Below, one piece after another: positions 29,501 through 38,139 of a stretch of DNA of 64,000 bases (position 1 is the stretch's first letter; every line of letters starts with the position of its first letter). The notes beneath the pieces were generated by a model, which saw only the letters and a list, made by a program, of their open reading frames with translations, had not been told where the DNA came from and ran no database searches. A program made the position numbers and the translations under genes. The stretch comes from a virus. The stretch spans positions 64,001 through 128,000 of the IMG/VR virus record IMGVR_UViG_3300042922_000265; one strand, given 5' to 3'.

Positions 29501-29669
29501 TCTGGTTGACCCGTGCACTGATCGCCCGGACCACCGTGTACAGATAGCCGGGCTTGATCTCAAAGCCGGGGAGAGAATAGCTCTTGAGAATCCGCTTGCG
29601 GATGGCCTGCTTGGACGGCGTGCGGATGACGTACTTCTGGTCAACCACCAACTCGCGCGTGGTGCTCAC
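26553..29669 (-). CDS. Capsid maturation protease / scaffold polyprotein with an inserted M15-like peptidoglycan peptidase domain
   Basis: N-terminal PVFVNH...SVSMG...CSAC...FFELSYVFDPAD protease motifs. Internal GGYR..H..GALD..YVIW..NHMDHVH. Coiled-coil C-terminus. Confidence 0.75.
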   Translation of the reverse strand: MSTTRELVVDQKYVIRTPSKQAIRKRILKSYSLPGFEIKPGYLYTVVRAISARVNQNFDGWPSNELREAAHTFVGKPVFVNHENYDPNEARGVVVASRYIENGRDKYIEVVQEIDAQRFPLLANEIKTGGLDSVSMGAEAGFTICSACGNKAQDMEDMCYHVLAQKGERINIRNKKTGKMEQKLVYESCHKLSFFELSYVFDPADETAVASKVIVGKRKHIHGAECPPGQTCETEQMSKARGDSPIYDGSGGSSGGGTTSGGGAGVGNAIGGGELGDPAAAASSSGGVGDDGIMDISRGLHDALEGLDPADNEIGGYRPGGDGFDEHNNGALDYMTTDPAVAEQVKSTAFENGAPYVIWQQQMHYPDGRTEPMEDRGDPTQNHMDHVHTGPLQDRAAGRLVRALRTAGLHDFRKADYVSHTGVITASFKKEVRDMIMKRAWGEIEAPQAVDTLREEGSAPEDDNDDFHHYVESPDELSMPDLSQANQLDREQAEDEQQGMGPNPEAMGNPNGGGVPGPAEGGGPVPPAGPVDTTEYMTLKIPIPGTGGAAGAPPPQVPMQTFALRGAMSGHELAWMERYYGHRVANWWDAITAGRDLTPEEKADFNREAALWTLEKMSAESGSSRNTVKGTANMAQRSTLATRRKTAGTSHFAEGPHTDGGPFGRNDQGEQEEIFITETPAEEEASTPKDGQEISNTEDNLVADEAYAKSLTAKLAQQKRELEATAREYARIAGRTFKADGSDAGGPVATEVNPTVQDSASEELTGDHFESADPNADAQRTDPGAKESSLRTFQVFDRWLTASTGKSARQHSPKNIDRAARQFAAYNKIKVESMYPALGLALRQARKVEAEKKGQPVRKKAVDLETAAPDDRISVPAPVSNTNPEESQDSQFDEKGYANNAGDDLADPDLSTGQNFAPGQAPNKSAAKADGILAIRCAEAMIAAGLEQNTRERKYQLAAQFEKMSRGLIMDRTALAERFAMVRQADHERVAQKVASGRTRGTASPVPPGISQGGTTSPRTAGRVVAANDPSNDSLMFG

Positions 29670-29679
29670 GACACCTCCT

Positions 29680-29714
29680 CTCTGCTTCTAGGCGGTCGTC
29701 GCGATTACCACAGG
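29680..29714 (-). promoter_or_regulatory. Putative late promoter (variant)
   Basis: CCTGT-N22-AAGCAGAG. Confidence 0.5.
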
Positions 29715-32700
29715 CCGACGCTGTTCTCGGCCTCGTAGTGCGTGCCCCGCAGGTCCAGCTGGTCCAGGTTGCCCGCGCCGCCGCGCTTGCCCTCTTGGAT
29801 CAGTGCGGCCTGCTCGGCGGGCGAGTAATTCCGACCTGCGGTGCGCAGCATCGCCTGGCGGAATGCTGGGGACGCGGCGAAGTCGTCGTACTGGCCACCG
29901 CCGCCACCGGGAGCGTCCAGGGCCGACCCACCGGCAGCTGCCTGGCGTTGGAACTCGGCCACGATGTCACGAGGAGCTTCCTCGCCGCTGAAGTCGGCAG
30001 CGGTCTTGGAGTACGGGTCGAAATCGTCCGGGATGTGCTCGGCCTCGACCGCGCGCGCCTGGCGTGGTGCCCGAATGCTGACAACCTCGGGCTCCACGGG
30101 TGGGCGACGCGGCCCGTTGCCTGCGCGAGTAATGCCTGCACCACGCGTCATAGCTGTCACGGTCTCACCGTCGCTGCTGGACTGGCCCTTGCCCCAATCC
30201 GCACGAGCCTGGTCCAGGCCCTTGGTGAGGTGGTTCTTCTCGGGCTCCTCGGTGACGTCCTCGCGGTTGTCCGAGTAGTTGTCCTTGACGTTGTCCTTGG
30301 ACTGCTCCCAGTCGGTCTTGTTGAACCCGCCCGAGCCGTTGAACGGCTTGTGGTCGGCGGTGCCGTCCGGGTAGGCCGCCATGAGCCAGTCACGGTCGGC
30401 GTGCAGCTGTCGGCTGGAGAAGATGCCGCTGATCGCATCAGTGACGCCACCGATTGCGTCTGTGGCCATGCCGACGCCGTCACCGATCATGCCGCCGATG
30501 TCGCCCACGGTGCTCATGACGTCACCGAAGCCATCCAGGCCACCTGACATCGGCGATGCGCCCATGTCGCTGGTGGTGCCGGGATCAGTCTGCGTACCGC
30601 TCGCTGCAGGATCGTCGACCGCTGCGGTCCCCGCCGTGTCGATGGGGCCAGCGACCGCGCTGGCACCGGTTGCAGCATCCGTGGTGGCCTGAGGGGTCAC
30701 CGGAGGCGGAACAGCAGCACCTGGCGTCACCGGAGCTGTTGCCGGGTCCGCCGGGAGGTCAGCGTGCCGACGGCGGCTGGTCTTGTTGGTGGCCGTGGCG
30801 TCTGCCGCTGCGCTTGCGGGGTCACCAGGAGCGGACACTGCAGCGGTGTCGTTTCCACCGATGCCGGGTCCCTGGACCGCCGGTGCGGCGCTGGTGTCGG
30901 CACCGGTGCCGCTGCTGCCCCCTGCTGCTGAGAGGTCCAGTTTCTGGCCGGGCTGGATCAGATTGGCATCACCGCCGATGACGTCCTTGTTGGAGTCGTA
31001 CAGGCCCTGCCAGTTGTCGCCCAGGCCCTGAGACTCGGCGATACCCGAAAGGGTGTCACCCGACTGGACCTCATAGGTCCCACCACCAGCGGCAGCTCCG
31101 CCCTCACCAGGTGCATCACCCTTGACGCCGTTGCCCTGGTTGTACATCTCGTTGTAGGCGTTGGGTTGGCCACCTGCGGCACCACCCTCACCGGCAGCGT
31201 CACCCTTGGTGCCGTTGCCTTGGCCATACTGCTGGTTGTAGAAGTTCGGGCCGTCCGAGCCACCAGCGGCGGGCGCGCCCGTGCCAGTGCCCGGTGCTGC
31301 GCCACCCGGCTTGTCGTACACACCGCCGGGGTTGGCGAACGCACTGCCCTCCGGCAGCGGAGACGCTGGCTCGTTACCAGGCGCGTACGGAGTCACCGGG
31401 TTGGCTGAGCTGAACGGCGCTGCCGCCGAACCGCCGCCCGCCGGGGCAGCGGTCGGAGCGGCGGGCTGGGACTCGTTGAAGGCGTCCCCACCAGCAAACG
31501 GCGAGTTGCTCGGCATCTTGGGGGTCGACGACGGGTTGTTGCCAGGACCATACGGCAGCACAGGGTCACCCGGTGCGGCATGACGGCGCAGACTGGCCAC
31601 CAGCTGGTCGGCGTCCACGCCCTTCTCCCGCGCGCGCTCCACGTCGTCGCGGATCTGCTCGACCCGGTCCTCCATGTTGCCCAGGTCGTCTTCCTGGGGG
31701 CGCTCGGCCCAGTCGCGGATGTCCTCCAGCGCACCACGGGCCTCACCCGTATTGCGAACGGTCCAGTCCTTGATGGTCTGGTCGTCGGCCTGCTTCTGGT
31801 ACGGACGACGGCCCTTGTTGCCCTTGCCGCCCTTGTTCAGGTGGCTGGACTGCATGGTCAGGTAGGCGGCGTAGCCGTGCGAGCACAGCCGACCGACGAA
31901 CGTCAGGCGGCGCTGGAAAGCCCACTTCCCCCAGTCGCACGCGCAGTGCCAATGAGTGATCGACTGGGCACCGCCGCCACCGTATGCGCCGCCCTTCTTG
32001 ATCATGACGTCGTAGGTGCCGTGATCACCCTGGACGCTGGCGTAGATGCGGTCGTAGTCGACGTCCTTGACGGTGACGCGGCCCTCCCGGCGCAGACGCT
32101 GAGCCTTCTGGCGCACGTCCTTCCAGGCAGCGGTCCGCAGCATCTCGTCGGCCTCGACCAGCTCACCGTACTGCGCGGTGTGGTGGGCGCATCCGCCATG
32201 CACGTGACCCGCGCGGGTGATGAATCCCGCCGGGTCGTTCCTAAAAGCCGCAACCTCCGCCGAAACGGGGGCGTGGGTGTCGGCATAGCGCGAGTCCAGG
32301 CCAGCGGGACGGTAGCTGCCGTGCTTGGTGGTCAGGTCGCCCCAACCGCCGCCCAAGCTGGGCAGCGGCAGTGGGTCTTCCTGGCTGATCTGCTCGCCGA
32401 TCTGCCCACCGAGATCCGCGCCGAGTGCGGCGGAATCCTGGGCAGCCGGATCAACGTTGGGATCGCCATGAATGGCGCGCTCTGCAGCGCCACCGGCCAG
32501 ACCCTGCGCCACGCCACGGGCCAGCGGAACAGCCAGTGCTGCCGGGTTGGCGTGCAGGAACCGACCGTGGTGCTCGGCGAAGTGCACGATGCCGTCAGGG
32601 CCGGTGGTCTCGCGATCGTCCTCGGTGACGTCCTGGTCGCGCAGGTATTCGTCCTCGGTGTCGTTGACGACCATGAAGCCGGGCTCGAACGGGGTCTTCT

Positions 32701-33331
32701 CGATGTCGGTGTTGAGAACGTCGGCCTGGTGGTAGCTACCGAAGCGATTCTGCTGCGCGTCGGTGCTCATCCACTGATCAGCTGACACCGGAGCGTAGGG
32801 GTCCTCGTCCATCCCTTCTTCATCGAAGTGATGAGGGTTGGTGTCGATACCGGGGTGGCCACCGCCGTAGAGCCCTTCGGCCTGGTTGTCCTGGTACTGC
32901 TCGTGGAACGGGTGTCCCGCCGGGTAGGCGTCCTCCGGGTCGGCCTCCATGCCGCCGTGCGACGGGTAGCCCAAACCGGCGCTCTTGGCGAACAGGTCCG
33001 GGTTCGGGCCGGGGGTGCCGCGCTCGTCACCCTCGTCGCGGCTACGGTCCTCGAACGTCAGCGAGTCCGCTGGGCTGGTGCGCTCATCGGCGTCGATCTC
33101 GTGGATCGGCTGGATCGTCGACTCGGTCAGCGGACCCACACCGTACTGCGGTGCCGGGTCGTAGGGGAGATCGACGCTGTTGCTGCGATCGACGGGTGCG
33201 AACCCCACCTTGGTGGCAGGCATCCAGACGTCGAAGTCCTGCCCTGCCACGCGGTACTCAGTGCGACCGCGCGTGGTCTTGGATTCGACGATCTGGCCGT
33301 AGCCGTACTCGTCGGTGTAGACCTGCTGCAT
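29705..33331 (-). CDS. Large acidic multi-domain protein with SWIM Zn finger and LysM domain
   Basis: SWIM: WHCACDW...LCSH. LysM: YEVQSGDTLSGIA...NLIQPGQKL. Confidence 0.75.
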   Translation of the reverse strand: MQQVYTDEYGYGQIVESKTTRGRTEYRVAGQDFDVWMPATKVGFAPVDRSNSVDLPYDPAPQYGVGPLTESTIQPIHEIDADERTSPADSLTFEDRSRDEGDERGTPGPNPDLFAKSAGLGYPSHGGMEADPEDAYPAGHPFHEQYQDNQAEGLYGGGHPGIDTNPHHFDEEGMDEDPYAPVSADQWMSTDAQQNRFGSYHQADVLNTDIEKTPFEPGFMVVNDTEDEYLRDQDVTEDDRETTGPDGIVHFAEHHGRFLHANPAALAVPLARGVAQGLAGGAAERAIHGDPNVDPAAQDSAALGADLGGQIGEQISQEDPLPLPSLGGGWGDLTTKHGSYRPAGLDSRYADTHAPVSAEVAAFRNDPAGFITRAGHVHGGCAHHTAQYGELVEADEMLRTAAWKDVRQKAQRLRREGRVTVKDVDYDRIYASVQGDHGTYDVMIKKGGAYGGGGAQSITHWHCACDWGKWAFQRRLTFVGRLCSHGYAAYLTMQSSHLNKGGKGNKGRRPYQKQADDQTIKDWTVRNTGEARGALEDIRDWAERPQEDDLGNMEDRVEQIRDDVERAREKGVDADQLVASLRRHAAPGDPVLPYGPGNNPSSTPKMPSNSPFAGGDAFNESQPAAPTAAPAGGGSAAAPFSSANPVTPYAPGNEPASPLPEGSAFANPGGVYDKPGGAAPGTGTGAPAAGGSDGPNFYNQQYGQGNGTKGDAAGEGGAAGGQPNAYNEMYNQGNGVKGDAPGEGGAAAGGGTYEVQSGDTLSGIAESQGLGDNWQGLYDSNKDVIGGDANLIQPGQKLDLSAAGGSSGTGADTSAAPAVQGPGIGGNDTAAVSAPGDPASAAADATATNKTSRRRHADLPADPATAPVTPGAAVPPPVTPQATTDAATGASAVAGPIDTAGTAAVDDPAASGTQTDPGTTSDMGASPMSGGLDGFGDVMSTVGDIGGMIGDGVGMATDAIGGVTDAISGIFSSRQLHADRDWLMAAYPDGTADHKPFNGSGGFNKTDWEQSKDNVKDNYSDNREDVTEEPEKNHLTKGLDQARADWGKGQSSSDGETVTAMTRGAGITRAGNGPRRPPVEPEVVSIRAPRQARAVEAEHIPDDFDPYSKTAADFSGEEAPRDIVAEFQRQAAAGGSALDAPGGGGGQYDDFAASPAFRQAMLRTAGRNYSPAEQAALIQEGKRGGAGNLDQLDLRGTHYEAENSVGLW

Positions 33332-33351
33332 CTGTCCTCCTCGGAAGCCTC

Positions 33352-33387
33352 TACATCTTCCGGGCTTCCGAGGAGGGCGCTACAGGG
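33352..33387 (-). promoter_or_regulatory. Putative late promoter
   Basis: CCCTGT-N22-AAGATGTA. Confidence 0.65.
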
Positions 33388-33621
33388 TCACCCCGCGTAG
33401 GCAGCGCGCACGAACACCATGCCGAGCAGCGTCAGCTCGGTGGCGTCCACCACGCGATAGGTCTTGCGACCAATGCGGCGCACCGTGTAGCGGTTGCCGT
33501 TGCTGTCGTGCTCAGTGGCCGAAACCGAGCCAGTCACCATCGACGTGGTGATGGCGTTCTGGACCAGGACGGCCTCGTTCTCGATGCAACCGAGGGTGTC
33601 TTCAATGCTGTGCTTGCTCAT
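33388..33621 (-). CDS. Hypothetical protein, leaderless
   Basis: 77 aa. ATG is 6 nt after a -10 box. Confidence 0.55.
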   Translation of the reverse strand: MSKHSIEDTLGCIENEAVLVQNAITTSMVTGSVSATEHDSNGNRYTVRRIGRKTYRVVDATELTLLGMVFVRAAYAG

Positions 33622-33627
33622 GCTTAA

Positions 33628-33656
33628 AGAGTATCAGCTACTAGAACAGATTACAA
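33628..33656 (-). promoter_or_regulatory. SigA-like promoter with GTTCTAG box
   Basis: TTGTAA-N17(GTTCTAG)-TACTCT. Confidence 0.55.
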
Positions 33657-34211
33657 GTCCCAGTCGTGCTCTTCGCCCTGCCAGCGCAGGCCGATGCGGT
33701 CCAGGGTGATCTCTCCGGTGAACGTGAGCTTGTCGATCGGCACGCCGTACCCGGCAGTAATGTGCGGGGTGTAAACGGGGTGCTGCTCCTTGGAGCCGGG
33801 ATACCGGTCCTCCACGAACTTCTTCATGTCCTGGTAGAAGTCCACGATGTCGATGTTGTCGCCGATCAGGTAGACCGCGCAGGGCTCGTCGCCCTTGGGG
33901 TTGAAGAGCGCGTGCGCGAACGCCTTGCACTCGATCGGCGAGTAGTTGTTGGCCACGTAATCCAGCTGGGTGATCAGCTCGGTGGGGTCCTGGCCGCTGA
34001 CGTCCTCGCCCAAGAAGATGACCGTCATGTGCAGGTCATCAATCGGCTCAGCCTTGGGGTCGTCGACCACCAGCTGCTCCAGATCCTGCTGGCGCGGGTA
34101 GAGCGCGACCATCGCGCCGGTCTTCTTGGACTGCTCGGCGCTGGCGTCCTTGATCTTCATGGCGGGGCGAGTGCCGGGGTAGGGTCCCGGTCCACTGTCA
34201 TCGCAGCCCAT
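33651..34211 (-). CDS. 2H phosphoesterase (2'-5' RNA ligase family, Acb1-like)
   Basis: Two HxT motifs: LHMTV and YTPHITAGY. Confidence 0.8.
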   Translation of the reverse strand: MGCDDSGPGPYPGTRPAMKIKDASAEQSKKTGAMVALYPRQQDLEQLVVDDPKAEPIDDLHMTVIFLGEDVSGQDPTELITQLDYVANNYSPIECKAFAHALFNPKGDEPCAVYLIGDNIDIVDFYQDMKKFVEDRYPGSKEQHPVYTPHITAGYGVPIDKLTFTGEITLDRIGLRWQGEEHDWDL

Positions 34212-34454
34212 TCAGTGCTCCTTGATGAACATCGGCAGACCCATGAGGCCAGAGTCCGAGTGCTCCCAGAACCTGCGCCAGGTGCGCAACAGCATCGCGG
34301 TCATCGGGTAATCGCCCACGCGTTCGACAAGAACCCGAACCTCCTTGACTTCCGGCGCGGCGAAGAACCCATGCTCGTTGAAGTAATTGGCCAGGCTCCT
34401 GGCCTCATCCTCGTTGGCGACCGTGATGACTTGATGAGTGACGTCGGTGTGCAT
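34212..34454 (-). CDS. Hypothetical protein
   Basis: 80-aa ORF. Confidence 0.5.
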   Translation of the reverse strand: MHTDVTHQVITVANEDEARSLANYFNEHGFFAAPEVKEVRVLVERVGDYPMTAMLLRTWRRFWEHSDSGLMGLPMFIKEH

Positions 34455-34544
34455 GACCTGGCCTTTTTGAGGTTTAGTGCGGTTTATTGGGATGGGATAA
34501 AACGCAGCGAGACCGGGGCATGGTGGTGCCCCGGCCCCGTTGAG

Positions 34545-34700
34545 CTAGTACCAGTACCTACGGCCTCCGACGGGCCGTCCAACGGCTCCAAGCAGCCACA
34601 GGATGAGCCCGACGACCAGGAGAATCCCCCCGATCGTATAGAGGATGTTGATCCCGAGCAGCGCGCCCAGGATCAGCAGGATCACTCCGAGGACGATCAT
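34545..34700 (-). CDS. Small actinobacterial-type membrane protein (51 aa)
   Basis: Hand-translated MIVLGVILLILGALLG...GRPVGGRRYWY, with GGAGG RBS. Missing from the ORF track. Confidence 0.75.
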   Translation of the reverse strand: MIVLGVILLILGALLGINILYTIGGILLVVGLILWLLGAVGRPVGGRRYWY

Positions 34701-34786
34701 GGCCGCCTCCAGCCACGAAACCCAAGCAGGTGAGCTACCGCGATAATTCCTACTTCAATCAGCAGGATGATCTGGAAAGCATCCAT
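34697..34786 (-). CDS. Membrane microprotein (29 aa)
   Basis: MDAFQIILLIEVGIIAVAHLLGFRGWRRP, AGGAGG RBS, ATGA-coupled to the next gene. Confidence 0.55.
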   Translation of the reverse strand: MDAFQIILLIEVGIIAVAHLLGFRGWRRP

Positions 34787-34820
34787 GGTGCCACCCTCCT
34801 TCCAACTAGTGGTTGTACAC

Positions 34821-35213
34821 CTATTCCGGTTGCTGAGTACCCGGAATGGAGGTCGGTGCATCCTCCGGCGGTCCGACCCACTGAGGACCAGAGCTGTTCT
34901 CGATCATGGTGGACACCGTTTCCTCCGGTGCAGCCACCGGACCAGCGACCACACCCTCGGTCCAGACGACAGTGGCGATGGCCCGCTTGGTCCTGGTGAG
35001 CCACTGGTACTGCTCGATCAGCTGGGCAGGCAGGTTCATGTTCGACAGGCTGGCCTTGATCGCGTTGCCGATGATGGCCCGCTCCTGAGGCTCCTGGTAG
35101 GGCGCGCCCTTGAAGGGCTCCGGAGGCCAGATCTCGGTGCCGTCCGGGAGACGCAAGCCCCACTCCTCGACCGACTCTTCACTGAACACTGGGGATGGCG
35201 GCACGTATGGCAA
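34821..35213 (-). CDS. Hypothetical protein
   Basis: 130-aa ORF, AGGAG RBS with TTG start. Confidence 0.55.
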   Translation of the reverse strand: MPYVPPSPVFSEESVEEWGLRLPDGTEIWPPEPFKGAPYQEPQERAIIGNAIKASLSNMNLPAQLIEQYQWLTRTKRAIATVVWTEGVVAGPVAAPEETVSTMIENSSGPQWVGPPEDAPTSIPGTQQPE

Positions 35214-35249
35214 CTTTGCTCCTGTTTGGTAGTTACTACAGGGTGGAGT

Positions 35250-37754
35250 TTACCACTGCGGCTCGACGCCGAACACTTCCTTGAACTGTTCGACCAGATC
35301 CTCCAGCACCCGACGCGACTCGGGCGCACCACCGGCCTGGATCTCGGCCCAGTCGCCCTGGATCTGGCTACGGTAGCCGTCGGCGTTCAGCGAGCGCCAG
35401 AAGCTGTTGTCCCGGATCAGGTCAGAGACCCGTGGAGGGCCAGCCGCGTGCACCTCGCGGCGCGTGACCTGCTGCTCGACGAACTCCTGGCTGACCTTCT
35501 GGTGACGGCCCAGAGACGACGGGCCGTTGGTCCAGCGGTTGCCCTTGGCCGCCGTCAGGTTCTGCGTCGGGCGGTTGTCGTCGGACTCCTCCGGGCGCAT
35601 GCGGTTACGCTGCGGCTCGTGTGGCTCCGGGACGCCCGGTGGCAGCTCAGGACCCATCGGACCGGCGGGACCCTTGGCCTGCGGTCCTGACGCCTGCGGG
35701 CCATTGACCTGGCTGGTGCCGTGCTTCTTGGCGAAGAAGCTGCCTGCTGCGGGCGCGCCGGGGCTCGGAGCACCAGGACCCATGGCTGCCGGAGGGGCTC
35801 CGCCGGGACCAGCGGCCTGGCCCGGAGGCGGTGCACCGGGTGCTCCTGGTGCCTCCATCATCGGCTGACCGTCGGGACCCATCGGGGTGCCCGGTGGAAT
35901 ACCCATGGCTCCGGGAGGTGCCATGCCTCCGGCCATCTGCTGCTCCATCATGGACTTCTGCATGTCGATCTGCATGTCCTGCATCTCGGCCTGGTCGATA
36001 CCGGCCACCGCCTGGGCCTCGCCCAGCTCGGTCTGGGTCTTGCCCTGGCGCAGCTGCAGGGTTGCCATGAGGTGCTGAGCCAGCTCCGGCGGGTACGGCA
36101 GGTTCTGCTCGTCGCAGAGCTTCTGCACCTTGGCCATGGTCTGGGCCGTGGCCATCAGCTTGTTGACCGACTCCTCGGACTGGCGCTCCAGCTCCTGCTC
36201 GAACTCGACGTCGATGTTGACCGACATCGTCTTGTCCGAGATCGGCACGCCCATGGCCTTGAGCTGGCTGATGAACGCCCGCTCCTGGCTCTCGTCGCGC
36301 AGGTTCAGCGTGGAGAACTTGACATCCGGGATGAGCAGCTTGGGCACCTTGCGGATGTACTCGCGCCCGGTCTCGGGGTCGACGTCCTTGATCTCGCGGT
36401 ACAGCGGGATGCGCCGCCCGCCCTTGAGGTCATAGTCGAAGTGACCCTGGGCCTCGGCGATCACCTCGGCGCGCTTGGTGATGTGGCGCTTGAGATGGTT
36501 CTGGAATCCCACCATCATCTGGGTGACGAACTCGCGGTTGAGCGCCGAGCTGGCGTACGCGCCGCCGTCGCCACCTGTGATCAGTGCCGCGCCGATGCCC
36601 CATGCCTGCATGAGCTTGGACTGCACGCGCTCAAAATCGGCGTCCAGGTTCGGCACCGACTCGCGACCGAAGACGTTCTCGACCTTCAGACCGAAGTTGT
36701 GCACCACCAGGCGGAAGTCGGCAGCCAGAGCGGTCTGGAAGTCATCTCGCGCATCCTCCAGCTCTTCCTGGGTCGGCAGCCACGGCGTGCCGTCACCGAG
36801 GTTCTCCGAGCCCAGAGTGGCCAGGATCAGGGGGCTGTAGAGACGGTCGGCCACCGCGTCCTGGGCGGCGTTGAGCGACTCTTCCTGCATCAGGGTGCGG
36901 AAGCTGCGCAGCAGGTGTGGGGTGCCACGACGAGCCCACGGGCTGTTGCGGTTGACCACGCGGGAGATCAGGGCCTCCGACATGTCCAGGCCGTCGTTCT
37001 GTGCGGCGGCCTCGATCAGCTCGGGGTAGTTCTTGACCAGCTCCTGATACTCGTGGTCACGCTGCAGACGCTCGCTGGGGGTCTCTTCGGTCGTCGACAG
37101 CGAGCTGCCCTGACCCATCGGCCCCTGGCGCAGGTTCTCCACCATCTCCTTGACCATGAGCTGCACGCGGTCACGCTGGACGAACATGGACCGGGACACG
37201 CGCAGCATGTCCGGGTTCAGGATCTCCTCGCTGGACCAGACGCCCAGAGACTCGTCGAAGTGGGCCAGGCTGGTGACCTCACCGACGGTGAAGTACTCGC
37301 GCGCGAACTGATCAGGCAGGAAGCTCAGGTAGTCCAGGTCGGGACCGAGGAACATGTCCTCATAGAACTTCTTGATCAGGGGGTCTTTGCTGTCGAACTC
37401 CATGCCGACAACAGGGAACTTGCTGTAGATGTCGATGAGCAGAGGCACCAGATCGTGGGTGGCATAGAAGAGACGGCACCAGTGCCGGATCTGCTTCAGC
37501 TCGTCCTCGTTCTCGACGTCGTGAGGGATACCCTTGTCGGCCAGGGTGCCCAGGGGCTGCCGGATCTTAGGCAGAGCGATCTGCATGTTGGACCCCTCGC
37601 GCTTCATGGCGCGGATGAGGGTCGTGTTGTTGACCGAGTTCTTCTGGCCGATCTGCTCCTGCAGGGACCTGCGGGCTTCGGCCAGCCTGTCAGTGCCGAT
37701 CTTGGCGTTCTTGGGCAACCACAGAGCGAAGTTGCTGTCATTGGCGGGGCTCAT
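35250..37754 (-). CDS. Portal protein with Pro/Gly/Met-rich C-terminal extension
   Basis: Large helical protein with LVPLLIDIYSKFP and WARRGTPHL segments, upstream of the protease. ATG 37754 is coupled to the upstream TGA. Confidence 0.75.
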   Translation of the reverse strand: MSPANDSNFALWLPKNAKIGTDRLAEARRSLQEQIGQKNSVNNTTLIRAMKREGSNMQIALPKIRQPLGTLADKGIPHDVENEDELKQIRHWCRLFYATHDLVPLLIDIYSKFPVVGMEFDSKDPLIKKFYEDMFLGPDLDYLSFLPDQFAREYFTVGEVTSLAHFDESLGVWSSEEILNPDMLRVSRSMFVQRDRVQLMVKEMVENLRQGPMGQGSSLSTTEETPSERLQRDHEYQELVKNYPELIEAAAQNDGLDMSEALISRVVNRNSPWARRGTPHLLRSFRTLMQEESLNAAQDAVADRLYSPLILATLGSENLGDGTPWLPTQEELEDARDDFQTALAADFRLVVHNFGLKVENVFGRESVPNLDADFERVQSKLMQAWGIGAALITGGDGGAYASSALNREFVTQMMVGFQNHLKRHITKRAEVIAEAQGHFDYDLKGGRRIPLYREIKDVDPETGREYIRKVPKLLIPDVKFSTLNLRDESQERAFISQLKAMGVPISDKTMSVNIDVEFEQELERQSEESVNKLMATAQTMAKVQKLCDEQNLPYPPELAQHLMATLQLRQGKTQTELGEAQAVAGIDQAEMQDMQIDMQKSMMEQQMAGGMAPPGAMGIPPGTPMGPDGQPMMEAPGAPGAPPPGQAAGPGGAPPAAMGPGAPSPGAPAAGSFFAKKHGTSQVNGPQASGPQAKGPAGPMGPELPPGVPEPHEPQRNRMRPEESDDNRPTQNLTAAKGNRWTNGPSSLGRHQKVSQEFVEQQVTRREVHAAGPPRVSDLIRDNSFWRSLNADGYRSQIQGDWAEIQAGGAPESRRVLEDLVEQFKEVFGVEPQW

Positions 37755-38116
37755 GCTGCGACCTTCCTCAGGCACACCTCGGTGTACCAAGCCTTATCGG
37801 GTGCCTTCTCATGCTCTTTGGTCTCCAGCTCCACCTGGAAGCTCGGATAGACCGGAGTCCCTCCGTTGATGACCTGGGTGCTGATCTCGGTGACCACACC
37901 CACCCCGTCGAATACGGTCCCAGCGGTACGGGCCTCTACCCGATCGCCCACCTTGTAGGGGCAGGTCAGCTGGATGAAGAGCAGAGCCAGCTCCTCCGAA
38001 GTCGGAGGGAGCTGCAGAGCACACTCCTGGCAAAAGGTTCGACTGGTCCCCTGCTCGGTGTAGGCGATCTCCTTGATCGCCTTGCACCCATAACAGAGGT
38101 CGTTGGCACTGGCCAT
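37751..38116 (-). CDS. Hypothetical Zn-binding protein
   Basis: CYGC...CQEC plus an SH3-like YKVGDRV segment. Confidence 0.55.
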   Translation of the reverse strand: MASANDLCYGCKAIKEIAYTEQGTSRTFCQECALQLPPTSEELALLFIQLTCPYKVGDRVEARTAGTVFDGVGVVTEISTQVINGGTPVYPSFQVELETKEHEKAPDKAWYTEVCLRKVAA

Positions 38117-38139
38117 GACTTCCTCACTCGGTTAGCGGG

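Noticed and set aside
31083-31570. Short duplications in the 1208-aa gene as a mobile or regulatory repeat
   Set aside because: They are degenerate in-frame peptide repeats in a low-complexity linker.
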